From Heptranchias perlo (taxonomy: Eukaryota): DNA of 64,000 bases. Made by a program: the position numbers and the translations under genes. The stretch lies in assembly GCF_035084215.1 (NCBI RefSeq), contig NW_027139328.1:248001-312000 (forward strand), written 5' to 3'. The notes under the pieces were generated by a model that worked only from the letters and a program-made list of their open reading frames with translations, was not told the DNA's origin and made no database searches. This document shows, piece by piece, positions 47,640 to 58,550 of the stretch. Numbering within the stretch: the stretch's first letter is position 1; every line of letters starts with the position of its first letter.

Positions 47640-49415
47640 GGCCATTCAGCCCCTCGAGCCTGTTCCTCCATTCAATTGGATCAAGGCTGATCTGTACCAC
47701 AACTCCATTTTCCCCCTTTGCTCCATATCCCTTGATGTCCTGACCCAACAAAAATCGATCAATCTCAGTTTTGAAAGCTCCAGTGAACCCCCAGAATGCT
47801 CAGCCTTTTGGGGGAGAGAGTTCCAGATTCCCACCACCCTTTGTGTGAAGAAATGCTTCCTGGTTTCACCCCTGAACGGCCTGGCTCGAATTTTAAGATT
47901 CCGTCCTCTTGTTCTTGTCTCCCCGACTGGACGAAGTAGTTTCTCCGTATCTACCCTATCAAATCCTTTTAACATTTTAAACACCCTCGATCAGATCACC
48001 CCTCAATCTTCTAAACTCGAGAGAATACAAGCCTAGTCTGTACAACCTGTCCTCGTAATTTAACCCTTTTAGCCCCGGGATCATTCTGGTGAATCTGGGC
48101 TGCACCCCCTCCAAGGCCAATCTATCCTTCCTGAGGTGCGGTGCCCAGAACTGAACACAGTCTCCAGATGTGGTCTGACCAGAGCTCTGCACAGCTGGAA
48201 CATAACTTCCTCCCCTTTGTATTCCAGCCCCCGAGATAAAGGCCAACGTTCCATTAGCCTTTCCCAATCCTTTTTGTATCTCTCCACTGGCTTTTAATGA
48301 TTTCTGTACTTGGACTCCCAAATCTCTCTGTTCCTCTCCAGTTCCTAGTTTCTCACCGTGTAGAAAATACTCTGATTTATCTTTCTTAGGTCTAAAGTCG
48401 ATGACCTCACACTTTCCCACATTGAACTCCATTTGCCACAGTTTTGCCCACTCACTTAATCTGTCTCTGTCCCTTCACAACTCCCTGCTCCCGTCTACAC
48501 TATTTCCTGTCCCTCCTAATTTAGTGTCGTCAGTAAACTTGGATATCCAGCTCTCTATTCTTCATCCAAGTCATGACCAGTACAGATCCCTGGGGGACAC
48601 CACTGGTCACCTCCTGCCAATCAGAGGACATCCCCTTTCTCCCCACTCTCTGTCTCCAACCTCCCAGCCAATGTTCAACCCAGGTCTAAATGGTGAGAAG
48701 CTGGGAACTGGGTGAGCAGAGAGATTTAGGGGTCTAAGTACAGAAATCACTAAAAGGTCGTAGACAGGTACGGAAAATAATTAAAAAGGCTAATGGAACG
48801 TTGGTCTTTATCTCGGGGGCTGGAATACAAAGGGGAGGAAGTTATGTTCCAGCTGTGCAGAGCTCTGGTCAGACCACATCTGGAGACTGTGTTCAGTTCT
48901 GGGCACCGCACCTCAGGAAGGATAGATTGGCCTTGGAGGGGGTGCAGCCCAGATTCACCAGAATGATCCCGGGGTTTAAAGGGTTAAATTACGAGGACAG
49001 GTTGTACAGACTAGGCTTGTATTCCCTCGAGTTTAGAAGATTAAGGGGTGATCTAATTGAGGTGTTTAAAATGATTAAAGGATTTGATAGGGTAGATCGA
49101 GAGAAACTATTTCCTCTGGTTGGGGAGTCCAGAACAAGGGGGCATAACCTTAAAATTCGAGCTCGGCCGTTCAGGGTGATGTCAGGAAGCATTTCTTCAC
49201 ACAAAGGGGAGTGGAAATCTGGAACTCTCTCCCCCAAAAAGCTGTTGAGACTGGGGGTCAATTGAAAATGACAAAACTGAGATTGATCGATTTTTGTCAG
49301 ACACGGGTATTAAGGGTTACGGAACCAAGGCGGGAGATGGAGTTAAGATACAGATCAGCCATGATTGAATGATGGAACAGGCTCGAGGGGCTGAATGGCC
49401 TCCTCCTGTTCCTAT
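47640..49415. mobile_element. Inverted pair of CR1 3' regions (minus ~47640-48680; plus ~48685-49415)
   Basis: ORFs 47977..48432(-) and 48801..49265(+) share the same frameshifted peptide. Confidence 0.9.
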
Positions 49416-49419
49416 GCTC

Positions 49420-50160
49420 CTAAAAGACTGCCTCCAATTCCATGCGCTCTCATTTTTGGAAACAGTCTCTTGTGTGGAACCTCATCGAATGCCTCTGGAA
49501 GTCCATCGAAATAACATCCATCGACACTCCCTTATCGACATTATGAGTGAGCTCCTCAAAATATTCAACTAGATTATTCACACAATTCACCCTTAACAAA
49601 TCCATGGCTCTCTCCGATCAGCTCATACTTGTTCAAGTGCTCACTCACTCTGTCCCTAATGACAGATTCGAGTAGCTTCCCCACAACTAACGTTAAACTG
49701 ACTCCCTCGAACTCCAGCCTTTCTGTTCTGCTCCTCCCCCCTTGGACTGCCTCCTGCTCCATGGTGCCTTGGTGAACATTGTGACTGTCCCTCCCCCAGC
49801 CTTTCTCCTTACCCCCACAGGTAGCAAGTACATCGTACCTGTTGGACAGGACCAGACTCTGCGGACCCTCCTTCCCTGCCTCCACTAGATTCCCCAACCC
49901 TGCTGACTGTCAGTCACACTCTCCTCTTCCTGTACCTGTACCTCTCGACTTGGTGGGACTGAGTTCTGGAGTAAACTATCCAGATATTCCTCCCCCTCCC
50001 TCATGTGTCAGAGAGTCTCGAACTCGCACTCCAGCTCAACGACTCTGAGCCGGAGTGAGTCAAGGCAGAGACATTTCCTGTAGTGTGACAATCCGGGACA
50101 GTCTCACTGTCCACAAACTCCCACATACTGCAGTCCCAACACACTGACTATGCTGACATT
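49420..50160 (-). mobile_element. Deleted/degenerate CR1 (ORF1 and RT fragments)
   Basis: LSNRYDVLA..., VSLTLVVGKLLESVIRD and ..HGFVKG motifs. Confidence 0.7.
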
Positions 50161-50390
50161 TCTATTCTATATTTATTTCCCTATTTAATGATTATATAGC
50201 AGTTATTTATATATCTCCAGTGCCAACTGAATCCCCATAAATGGTCATTCACTTTCCTCTAACACTCAGCTCAGAAATTTCACCCTATTGGGTCAATTTA
50301 AAGTTGATGGATTGCTTTTTACCCGTGTATTGTACGTGTTATTTTAAGATAATTAGTCCTGTAATCAAATATAATCAACTATATATACCC

Positions 50391-50946
50391 CTGTCAGGGG
50401 GTGTGTTACCCCAGGCCCCTCTCCCTCAGTCTGTCAGTGGGTGTGTTACCCCAGGCCCCTCTCCCTCAGTCTGTCAGTGGGTGTGTTACCCCAGGCCCCT
50501 CTCCCTCAATCTGTCAGGGGGTGTGTTACCCCAGGCCCCTCTCCCTCAGTCTGTCAGGGGGTGTGTTACCCCAGGCCCCTCTCCCTCAGTCTGTCAGGGG
50601 GTGTGTTACCCCAGGCCCCTCTCCCTCAGTCTGTCAGTGGGTGTGTTACCCCAGGCCCCTCTCCCTCAATCTGTCAGGGGGTGTGTTACCCCAGGCCCCT
50701 CTCCCTCAGTCTGTCAGGGGGTGTGTTACTCCAGGCCCCTCTCCCTCAGTCTGTCAGTGGGTGTGTTACCCCAGGCCCCTCTCCCTCAGTCTGTCAGGGT
50801 GGGTGTTACCCCAGGCCCCTCTCCCTCAGTCTGTCAGGGGGGGTGTTACCCCAGGCCCCTCTCCCTCTGTCTGTCAGTGGGTGTGTTACCCCAGGCCCCT
50901 CTCCCTCAGTCTGTCAGGGGGGGTGTTACCCCAGGCCCCTCTCCCT
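50391..50946. repeat. Minisatellite, 40 bp unit (CTGTCAGGGGGTGTGTTACCCCAGGCCCCTCTCCCTCAGT), 14 copies
   Basis: Direct tandem array. Confidence 0.97.
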
Positions 50947-51009
50947 CTTGTATTGGGGTTTATTTACAGGGGATCTGTGTTGGTTTGGATTTGTTTGGGG
51001 ATTTGGCAT

Positions 51010-51900
51010 GTGTTTGGGGTTCATGCCCTGATCTCTCTCTCTCTGGGGTTGGTGTTTTGGGGTTCATGCCCTGATCTCTCTCTCTCTCTGGGGTTGATGT
51101 TTTGGGGTTAATACCCTGATCTTCCTCTCTGTGGGGTTGGTGTTTTTGCGGTTCATGCCCTGATCTCTCTCTCGGGTTGGTGTTTTGGGGTTCATGCCCT
51201 GATCTCTCTCTCTCGGGTTGGTGTTTTGGGGTTCTTGCCCTGATCTCTCTCTCGGGTTGGTGTTTTGCGGTTCATGCCCTGTTCTCTCTCTCTCTCTCTC
51301 TCTCTCTCGGGTTGGTGTTTTGGGGTTCATGCCCTGATCTCTCTCTCTCTCTGGGGTTGTTGTTTTGGGGTTCATGCCCTGATCTCTCTCTCTCTGGGGT
51401 TGGTGTTTTGGGGTTCATGCCCTGATCTCTCTCTCTCTCTGGGGTTGTTGTTTTGGGGTTCATGCCCTGATCGCTCTCTGGGGTTGGTGTTTTGGGGTTC
51501 ATGCCCTGATCTCTCTCTCTGGGGTTGGTGTTTTGGGGTTCATGCCCTGATCTCTCTCTCTCTGGGGTTGGTGTTTTGGGGTTCATTCCCTGATCTCTCT
51601 CTCTGGGGTTGGTGTTTTAGGGTTCATGCCCTGATCTCTCTCTCTATGGGGTTGGTGTTTTGGGGTTCATGCCCTGATCTCTCTCTCTCTCTGGGGTTGG
51701 TGTTTTGGGGTTCATGCCCTGATCTCTCTCTCTGGGGTTGGTGTTTTGGGGTTCATGCCCTGATCTCTCTCTCTGGGGTTGGTGTTTTGGGGTTCATGCC
51801 CTGATCTCTCTCTCTGGGGTTGGTGTTTTGGGGTTCATTCCCTGATCTCTCTCTCTGGGGTTGGTGTTTTGGGGTTCATGCCCTGATCTCTCTCTCTCTG
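51010..51900. repeat. Minisatellite, ~38-50 bp unit (GGGGTTCATGCCCTGAT(CT)nGGGGTTGGTGTTTT), ending at the exon-2 acceptor
   Basis: About 21 units; the last unit runs into TGTGTTTCAG|. Confidence 0.95.
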
Positions 51901-51908
51901 TGTTTCAG

Positions 51909-52169
51909 GCTCTCACTCTCTCCGGTATTTCTTTACCTCAATGACCCCGATCCCTGGTTTTCCGGAGTTTGTTGTTGTCGGTTATGTGGACGAGGCCCAG
52001 TTTGTTGAATATAACAGCGAGCGGAGGACGATGATCCCGCGGCAGCGCTGGATGGAGGAGCGTGAGGGGCCCGAGTACTGGGAACGGGAGACACGGGCTG
52101 TGCAGAGCTCGGAACAGATCGGGAAAGATGCGATTGAGATCCTCTGGAAACGGACCAACCAATCGGGCA
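51909..52169 (+). CDS. UAA: MHC class I exon 2 (alpha1 domain)
   Basis: TTTCAG| acceptor; GSHSLRYFFTSMTPIPGFPEFVVVGYVDEAQF...GPEYWERET...LWKRTNQSG; 261 bp; donor A|GTGAGT. Confidence 0.96.
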
Positions 52170-52882
52170 GTGAGTCTTCGGCCTCATCCGGGGCTCGGGG
52201 TCGGTCCCCCCGCCCCCCCCCCGTGAGCGAGCAGCCATTCGGGAGTGTCCTTACACCGGCCGGTACTCCACCCCCACCCCGAAACACACTCTAAATCATC
52301 AACAGCGTTCCCGGCGCCGATCCCCGGTGAACGCGGCGTTCCCGGCGCCGATCCCCGGTGAACGCGGCGTTCCCGGCGCCGATCCCCGGTGAACACAGTG
52401 GGGGAAATGTTCGATCGGGGCCGTTTTTGGGCGCGGGCAGCGTGATGGGCTATTACCCCGGGCCCAATGACCCCGGCGCAGGCAGGACGTGAGTTTGGAC
52501 CCACCGGGGCACTTTCCTGCAATCAGCGTTCCATCCCAGGCCTCGCACCTGGAATCAATGCAATTCACACCTTCCAACACCAGGGGGAGCGCCATCTCTT
52601 AAAGGGAGGATGTTTCTTAGAAATCTCTTAAAGGGAGCTGGTACCTGTTCTTTGCTGAAAATAACAGTCTCCTGTCCGCATGGAGTCTGAACGGAGATCA
52701 GATATCGCACACGTAAAACACAGATGCAGGTCCCATCCCTATGTTTACACAATGATGAGTTATGTTAAAACATTGAATAAAGGTTGTGCACTACTGAATC
52801 CCACATCCTCCAATCTGCACACCAGACCTCACCGATCTGCCGATCTGAGTTGGTACCAGGCCTGTGAGAGTGCATGCACCAA

Positions 52883-53998
52883 GGTGAACACAGCGTTCCC
52901 GGCACTGATCCCCGGTGAGCACAGCGTTCCCGGCGCTGATCCCCGGTGAGCACAGCGTTCCCGGCGCTGATCCCCGGTGAGCACAGCGTTCCCGGCGCTG
53001 ATCCCCGGTGAGCACAGCGTTCCCGGCGCTGATCCCCGGTGAGCACAGCGTTCCCGGCGCTGATCCCAGGTGAACACAGCGTTCCCGGCGCTGATCCCCG
53101 GTGAGCACAGCGTTCCCGGCGCTGATCCCCGGTGACCACAGCGTTCCCGGCGCTGATCCCAGGTGAGCACAGCGTTCCTGGCGCTGATCCCCGGTGAACA
53201 CAGCGTTCCCGGCGCTGATCCCAGGTGAGCACAGCGTTCCCGGCGCTGATCCCAGGTGAGCACAGCGTTCCCGGCGCTGATCCCCGGTGAACACAGCGTT
53301 CCCGGCGCTGATCCCCGGTGAGCACAGCGTTCCCGGCGCTGATCCCCGGTGAGCACAGCGTTCCCGGCGCTGATCCCCGGTGAGCACAGCGTTCCCGGCG
53401 CTGATCCCCGGTGAACACAGCGTTCCCGGCGCTGATCCCCGGTGAACACAGCGTTCCCGGCGCTGATCCCCGGTGAGCACAGCGTTCCCGGCGCTGATCC
53501 CAGGTGAACACAGCGTTCCCGGCGCTGATCCCCGGTGAGCACAGCGTTCCCGGCGCTGATCCCAGGTGAACACAGCGTTCCCGGCGCTGATCCCAGGTGA
53601 GCACAGCGTTCCTGGCGCTGATCCCCGGTGACCACAGCGTTCCCGGCGCTGATCCCAGGTGAGCACAGCGTTCCCGGCGCTGATCCCCGGTGAACACAGC
53701 GTTCCCGGCGCTGATCCCAGGTGAGCACAGCGTTCCCGGCGCTGATCCCAGGTGAGCACAGCGTTCCCGGCGCTGATCCCCGGTGAACACAGCGTTCCCG
53801 GCGCTGATCCCCGGTGAGCACAGCGTTCCTGGCGCTGATCCCCGGTGAGCACAGCGTTCCCGGCGCTGATCCCCGGTGAGCACAGCGTTCCTCGGCGCTG
53901 ATCCCCGGTGAGCACAGCGTTCCCGGCGCTGATCCCCGGTGAGCACAGCGTTCCCGGCGCTGATCCCCGGTGAGCACAGCGTTCCCGGCACTGATCCC
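52883..53998. repeat. CpG-rich minisatellite, 31 bp unit (GCACAGCGTTCCCGGCGCTGATCCCCGGTGA), ~36 copies; 3 detached copies at 52300-52398
   Basis: Direct tandem array. Confidence 0.97.
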
Positions 53999-54175
53999 TG
54001 TTGGACGACACTTCCCACTTCCTGCCAGTCTGAGAAACTTCCCTTAACTCTGACCCTCTGTTTTCTGTTCTGTCGCCATCTTTTAATCCATTCTGCTCTC
54101 TGACCCCTGACCCCACGCACCCTGACTTCTCACGAGTCTCTCACATGGCACCTTATCCGAGGCCTCCTGAAAGTC
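53990..54175 (-). mobile_element. Degenerate CR1 RT fragment
   Basis: ..WIKRWRQNRKQRVRVKGSFSDWQEVGSVVQQGSV.. Confidence 0.8.
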
Positions 54176-54304
54176 CCTCAGGCCGATTCTAACCTGCCCG
54201 CCCTGGGGAAACCGGGCAGGTCAAATGGCCAATGGGACTCGCCCTCCCTGATCTCACTGCCCTCACGGGTCACCATCTTAACCCGCTATTCTGAGCAGGC
54301 GAGA

Positions 54305-55065
54305 GGGTCCGGGGGGTCCTTTAAATACACTGATCGGGGTCCGGGGGGTCCTTTAAATACACAGATCAGGGTCCGGGGGTCCTTTAAATACACAGATCGG
54401 TGTCGGGGGGGGGGTCCTTTTAAATACACAGATCGGGGTCCGGGGGTCCTTTAAATACACAGATCAGAGTCCGGGGGTCCTTTAAATACACAGATCGGGG
54501 TCCGGGGGTCCTTTAAATACCCTGATCGGGGTCCGGGGGGTCCTTTAAATACACAGATCAGGGTCCGGGGGTCCTTTAAATACACAGATCGGGGTCCGGG
54601 GATCCTTTTAACACACAGATCGGTGTCCGGGGGTCCTTTAAATACACAGATCGGTGTCCGGGGGTCCTTTAAATACACAGATCGGGGTCCGGGGGTCCTT
54701 TAAATACACAGATCAGAGTCCGGGGGTCCTTTAAATACACAGATCGGGGTCCGGGGGTCCTTTAAATACCCTGATCGGGGTCCGGGGGGTCCTTTAAATA
54801 CACAGATCAGGGTCCGGGGGTCCTTTAAATACACAGATCGGGGTCCGGGGATCCTTTTAATACACAGATCGGTGTCCGGGGGTCCTTTAAATACACAGAT
54901 CGGGGTCCGGGGATCCTTTAAATACACAGATCGGTGTCCGGGGGTCCTTTAAATACACAGATCGGTGTCCGGGGGTCCTTTAAATACACAGATCGGTGTC
55001 CAGGGGTCCTTTAAATACATAGATGGGGGGTTGGAGGTCCCTTTAAGCACACAGATCAGGGTCCG
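54305..55065. repeat. Minisatellite, ~31 bp unit (GGGTCCTTTAAATACACAGATCGGGGTCCGG), ~24 copies
   Basis: Direct tandem array with an internal ~249-bp duplication (ORFs 54451..54678 and 54700..54927 are near-identical). Confidence 0.96.
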
Positions 55066-55494
55066 ATAATTGATTAGAGGGGGGTCCAGGGGACAGTGGT
55101 TGTCCGAGGGAGGAGGGGTTTGGGGAGCAGGGGCGGGGTCCGAGTGGGGGTGTGAGGGTGGTCCGGGGCAAGGGGGCGAGGGTGGTCCGGAGGAGGGAAG
55201 GTCCAGGGGTGGCGGGGTCGGGGGGAGGCGGAGTCTGGAGGGAGGTGGAGTCTGGGGGGGTATGAGGGCGGTCTGTGGGAGGGGCGAGGGTGGTCTGGGG
55301 GAGGCGGGGTCTGGGGGAGGGTGGTCTGGGGGTGTGTGATGGCGATCCAGGGGAGGGTGGGGTCCAGGGGGGAGGGTGGGGTCCAGGGGGGAGGGGTTCC
55401 GGGGTCTGGGGGTTGAAGGATCACTCCTTCACTCTGACCCCTGACCCTGGGCGGGGGGTGTGGGTCTGACTGACCCCCTGTGTTTGATTGACAG

Positions 55495-55767
55495 GAATCC
55501 ACACGGTCCAGATGATGTACGGCTGTGAGCTGGGGGATGATGGGACCACGAGAGGATTCGTTCAGTTCGCCTGGGACGGGGAGGATTTGATCAACTTCGA
55601 TAAGGATCAGATGGTGTGGGTAACACCGGTACAGTGGGGAGAGATCACCAAGAACAAGTGGGACCAGAACAAGGCCAGGAACCAAGGGGTGAAGGGATAC
55701 CTGGAGGGGACCTGCATCGAGTGGCTGAGGAAATACCTCGAGTACGGAAAGAGGGAACTGAGGGCCG
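55495..55767 (+). CDS. UAA: MHC class I exon 3 (alpha2 domain)
   Basis: GACAG| acceptor; IHTVQMMYGCEL...AWDGEDLINFD...EITKNKWD...GYLEGTCIEWLRKYLEYG; 273 bp; donor G|GTGAGT. Confidence 0.97.
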
Positions 55768-56428
55768 GTGAGTGAGGGGGGAATGAGAGTCGGTGAGTGA
55801 GGGGGGAGTGAGAGTCGGTGAGTGAGGGGGGGACTGAGAGTCGGTGAGTGAGGGGGGGACTGAGAGTCGGTGAGTGAGGGGGGGAGTGAGAGTCGGTGAG
55901 TGAGGGGGGAGTGAGAGTCGGTGAGTGAGGGGGGGGAGTGAGAGTCGGTGAGTGAGGGGGGGGAGTGAGAGTCAGTGAGTGAGGGGGGAGTGAGAGTCGG
56001 TGAGTGAGGGGGGAGTGAGAGTCGGTGAGTGAGGGGGGGACTGAGAGTCGGTGAGTGAGGGGGGGAGCGAGAGTCGGTGAGTGAGGGGGGGACTGAGAGT
56101 CGGTGAGTGAGGGAGGGGGAGTGAGAGTCAGTGAGTGAGGGGGGAGTGAGAGTCGGTGAGTGAGGGGGGAGTGAGAGTCGGTGAGTGAGGGGGGGGAGTG
56201 AGAGTCGGTGAGTGAGGGGGGGGAGTGAGAGTCGGTGAGTGAGGGGGGGAGTGAGAGTCGGTGAGTGAGGGGGGGAGTGAGAGTCGGTGAGTGAGGGGGG
56301 GAGTGAGAGTCGGTGAGTGAGGGGGGGAGTGAGAGTCGGTGAGTGAGGGGGGGAGCGAGAGTCGGTGAGTGAGGGGGGAGTGAGAGTCGGGGAGTGAGGG
56401 GGGAGTGAGTCTGTGAGTGAGGGGGGGA
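55768..56428. repeat. Minisatellite, 25-27 bp unit (GTGAGTGAGGGGGGAGTGAGAGTCG) starting at the intron-3 donor, ~25 copies
   Basis: Direct tandem array. Confidence 0.96.
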
Positions 56429-56430
56429 AT

Positions 56431-56635
56431 GGGGTCTAATCCCCAGTTTAAAGGGGTTTGTCCCGTTCCCTGGGGTCTAATCCCCAGTTTAAAGGGGTTT
56501 GTCCCGTTCCCTGGGGTCTAATCCCCAGTTTAAAGGGGTTTGTACCGTTCCCTGGGGTCTAATCCCCAGTTTAAAGGGGTTTGTCCCGTTCCCAGGGGTC
56601 TAATCCCCAGTTTAAAGGGGTTTGTACCGTTCCCT
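56431..56635. repeat. Minisatellite, 41 bp unit (GGGGTCTAATCCCCAGTTTAAAGGGGTTTGTCCCGTTCCCT), 5 copies
   Basis: Direct tandem array. Confidence 0.96.
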
Positions 56636-56674
56636 GTCTCACACTGACTCGGCTCTGATCTGTTTTACTCTCAG

Positions 56675-56950
56675 TTACTCCCCAAGTGTTTCTTTCTGTG
56701 GACAAGGCCTCAGACACTAAACCGGCCCAACTCTCCTGCCTGGTCACGGGGTTTTACCCTCGAGATATCGAACTCACCCTCCTGAGAAATGGACGGCCGA
56801 TCTCAGACACTGATTCCACTGGCATCCTGCCCAACCACGATGGCACCTACCAGATCAAGAGATGGGTTGAGATCGGGCCCGAGGACGGAGCCACCTACTC
56901 CTGTCAGGTGGATCACAGCAGCAAAGCAGGAGTGGAGACCCGAGACTGGG
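56675..56950 (+). CDS. UAA: MHC class I exon 4 (alpha3 C1-set Ig domain)
   Basis: CTCTCAG| acceptor; LSCLVTGFYPRDI...LPNHDGTYQ...YSCQVDHSS...DW; 276 bp; donor G|GTAAGA. Confidence 0.96.
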
Positions 56951-56999
56951 GTAAGAGGATCAGTGAGTGCAGGGGGAGAGTCTGAGGCTGAGGATTAAA

Positions 57000-58550
57000 G
57001 ATGTTTCTATCGCCTCTCCTCATTCTTCCTTCCAAAATACATCACTTCACACTTCTCTGTGTTAAATTTCATCTGCCATGTGTCTGCCCATTTCACCAGT
57101 CTGTCTGTGTCCTCCTGAACTCTGTTACTATCCTCCACATTGTTTACTACATTTCCGAGTTTCATGTCAGCTGCAAACTTTGAAATTATACCCTCTATAC
57201 CCAAGTCCAGGTCATTAATATCTCTCAAAAAGAGCAGTGGTCCTAATACTGACCCCTGGGGAACCCCACTGTAAACTTCCCTCCAGTCTGAGAAACAACC
57301 CTTCACCACTGCTCTCTGCTTTCTGTCCCTGAGCCAATTTGCCACTGTCCCTTTAATCCCATGGCTTTAATTTTACTGACAAGTCTATTATGTGGCACTT
57401 TATCAAATGCCTTTTTGAAAGTCCATATACACAACATCCACCTCACTGCCCTCATGAACCCTCTCCGTTACTTCATCAAAGAACTCAATCAAGTTGATCA
57501 AACACGATTTGCCTTTAACAAATCCGTGCTGACTTTCTTTTATTAACCCAGACTTTTCCAAGTCTCAATTAATTTTGTCCCAGATTATTGTCTTAAAGTT
57601 TCCCCTCCACTGACGTTAGACTGACTGGCCTGGATTTCCCGGGTTTATCCCTCTCCCCTTTTTTGAACAGTGTGTAACATTTACAATCCTCCAGTCCTCT
57701 GGCACCGTCCCCATATCTAAGGAGGATTGGAAGATTGTGGCCAGAGTCTCCGCAATTTCCACCCTTACTTCCCTCAGTGACCCAGGATGCATCTCATCCC
57801 GACCGGGTGACTTTTCTACTTTGAGCTCTGCCAAGCTTTTAAGCTCCTCCTCTTTATCTATTTTAATCCTCTCCAATTTCTCTCCCCCTCCTCCTTTACA
57901 TCATCCTCTCCTTTAGTGAAGATCGATGTGAAGGATTCATTTAGTATCTCGGCCGTACCCTCTGCCTCCACAAGAAAATCTCCCTTTATGTCTCGAATCG
58001 GCCCCACCCTTCCTTTGACGATCCTTTTACTATTTCTCTGTTTATAAAAGGCTTCAGTGTTACCTTTCTGTTCTCCACTAATCTATTCTCATACACTCTC
58101 TCAGCCCCTCTTATTTCTGTTTTCAGTTCCCCTCTGGACTCTCTGGATTGGGATAGATTCCCTCCTGTATTATGAGGGACATTTATCATAAGCCTCCTTT
58201 TCCTGTTTTATTTTAATCTCGAGATCTTTAGTCATCCAGGGAGCTCCAGCTCACCAGTATTCAGTACTGGAAACCGGTTTGAGAGTGGCCACACTCCCGG
58301 ACGATTGCTGCACTGCCTGCCCCTTCCTACCCTGCCAGATGGTCACCCACTTACTCTCCTCCTGAACACTCTGTATCTGCGGAGTGACCACCTCCTGGAA
58401 CGTGTGCTGCCTCCCGTACGCCCTGCAGTGACTCCAGCCGCTCCTCAAACTCAGAAACCCTGAGCTCGAGCTCGAGCAGCCGGAGACACTTCCTGCACAC
58501 GTGGTTACCCAGGAAACACGGAGCGGCCTGGACTTCCCACATGGCCCATT
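57000..58550 (-). mobile_element. Degenerate CR1 (RT region plus ORF1 fragment)
   Basis: [18 protein letters not shown] (57007..57345) and HVCRKCLRLLELELRV (58351..58542). Confidence 0.85.

Noticed and set aside
52765-54120. 382-451 aa minus-strand ORFs in intron 2
   Set aside because: Minisatellite translations fused to a decayed CR1 RT fragment.
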